In this document: piece after piece, positions 4,801 through 5,700 of the stretch | Layout: every line of letters begins with the position of its first letter | Position numbering within the stretch: position 1 is the first letter of the stretch | Origin: Amoebophrya sp. A120 | Taxonomy: Eukaryota > Protista > Dinoflagellata | Length of the DNA stretch: 5,700 bases | Reading direction: 5' to 3' | NCBI GenBank assembly: GCA_905178155.1 | Contig: CAJINV010000083.1 | Span: 1 to 5,700 of the forward strand | Notes under the pieces: generated by a model | Seen by the model: the letters and a program-made list of their open reading frames with translations, nothing else | What the model was told of the DNA's origin: nothing | The model's database searches: none | Made by a program: the position numbers and the translations under genes

Positions 4801-5700
4801 TATGTGTATTCTATCAATACAAGCTCAAGAATGAGCGCGAGGTCGTACCGCGTGGGACCGTCCAGATCGTAGTTACTGCTGCTTCGCGTCACTTCGAGGC
4901 GAAGAACGGCTGGCCATTCTTCATCATAGTCGCCATTCTTTTCCAACAACTCACACCAGCTGGAAGATAAGCTGCTACCTCCTGTGGCTGTGCACAACTG
5001 GAATTCCAGGTCCTGCACCTTCTGTTCGCCTGTCTCTGCGGCGCGCAAAAGCAGCTCCGGTTGGATTATACTTTCAGGACGCACTTCCACGGCCGTAATC
5101 CTCAGAGCGGCTATGTACGATGTGCGATGTGCGATGTATTTTTTGCGATGTTTTTCCGCCAATACATCGCAAAACTCATACATGCCTCTCGCCCCCACCA
5201 TACCCACTCAGCCGGCTTTTGCGGCCCAAATTTGATGCTGTGCTCCCCCGAGCCGCCGAATCTGTAGCTTGCGGCATTGCCGTGAAAAATGCCCCCACTC
5301 CGAAAGTTGCAATAATTTGCGATGCGACGTTTCCAAATGAAAACTTTTTGTCATGCATGAAAGGAATAATGAATCTTTATCTTTGTGATGCAGAGTCTAG
5401 GCGTATATAGCATTGCTCGCATGACGAGCGCCGCTCTTGCTGGGATCTGTTGCAATACAAATCTTCGCTATAATTCACGACTGGAAATCTGTGATGCTGC
5501 TAGATGCAAGAGGGCGAGTGTTTCTGTTGGAAAGGTTTGCAATACAAATGCTCCCAAGTGCGGGGGTGGGGGCGTTTTTCATTGTGATATGCGGCATTCG
5601 GCCGCGCGAGAGCCCGTTCGAACGTGTCGAGAAAGGCGGAAGCGAACTGCTTCTGATCGGTGCCAAAAGTGTACTTCTCGAGAAAGGTGTCTTGCGTGGT
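4794..5700 (-). CDS. Spliced gene 2, 3' part (starts beyond the right window edge): protein of unknown function. Exons approx. 5700-5590, 5269-5182 (or 5269-5203), 5110-4794
   Basis: The frame TTQDTFLEKYTFGTDQKQFASAFLDTFERALARPNAA joins SYRFGGSGEHSIKFGPQKPAEW after removing element G plus one TSD. It then joins ALRITAVEVRPESIIQPELLLRAAETGEQKVQDLEFQL...RYDLALILELVLIEYTYI* through a GT-AG intron at 5181-5111. Codon usage is coding-like. The true 3' end is uncertain because a GT donor after ...ILEL could lead to further exons. Confidence 0.78.
5111..5181 (-). other. Predicted 71-nt GT-AG intron in gene 2 (alternative: non-canonical intron 5202-5111)
   Basis: The sense strand reads GTATGAG...CGTACATAG. 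Splicing removes an in-frame TAG and joins into the only open downstream frame. The content is repetitive (TGCGATG copies). Confidence 0.6.
5275..5589. mobile_element. Element G: 315-bp introner/MITE-like non-canonical intron in gene 2
   Basis: TSD TGCGG at 5270-5274 and 5590-5594; the direct repeat extends to 9 bp, TGCGGCATT. TIR core TGAAAAAYGCCCCCAC (15/16). The left terminus is CAT instead of TAT. Motifs TTTGTCATGC 5347-5356 and TTTGTGATGC 5382-5391. Removal restores the frame (RPNAA|SYRFG). Confidence 0.88.

Noticed and set aside
100-5589. TIR mismatches biased to G-U wobble on the sense strand as proof of RNA-level selection
   Set aside because: Manual check was inconsistent: mostly G-U in E, but A-C or purine-purine mismatches in B, D and most of G.

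Overview
Eukaryotic nuclear-type DNA. Most ORFs in the supplied track are artefacts. The window holds six complete copies and one window-truncated copy of 174-315 bp miniature inverted-repeat elements: A <1-58, B 100-361, C 529-702, D 969-1220, E 1293-1498, F 2656-2932 and G 5275-5589. They have TAT...ATA termini (CAT at the left end of G), terminal inverted repeats (TIRs), 5-bp flanking direct repeats (TSDs) and a shared internal TTTGTNATGC motif. Removing an element plus one TSD copy restores continuous minus-strand reading frames. This gives the N-terminal 170 aa of a signal-peptide protein (ATG at 1272, interrupted by D, C, B, A) and a 171-aa C-terminal part of a second protein (5700->4794, interrupted by G and a 71-nt GT-AG intron). 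The elements therefore behave as transposon-derived non-canonical introns (introners). From memory this resembles the introner elements described in the parasitic dinoflagellate Amoebophrya; that assignment is inference and was not verified. The middle of the window (1500-4790) is mostly non-coding, with a GC-rich block bounded by 14-bp direct repeats, several tandem repeats and a dinoflagellate spliced-leader-like motif.
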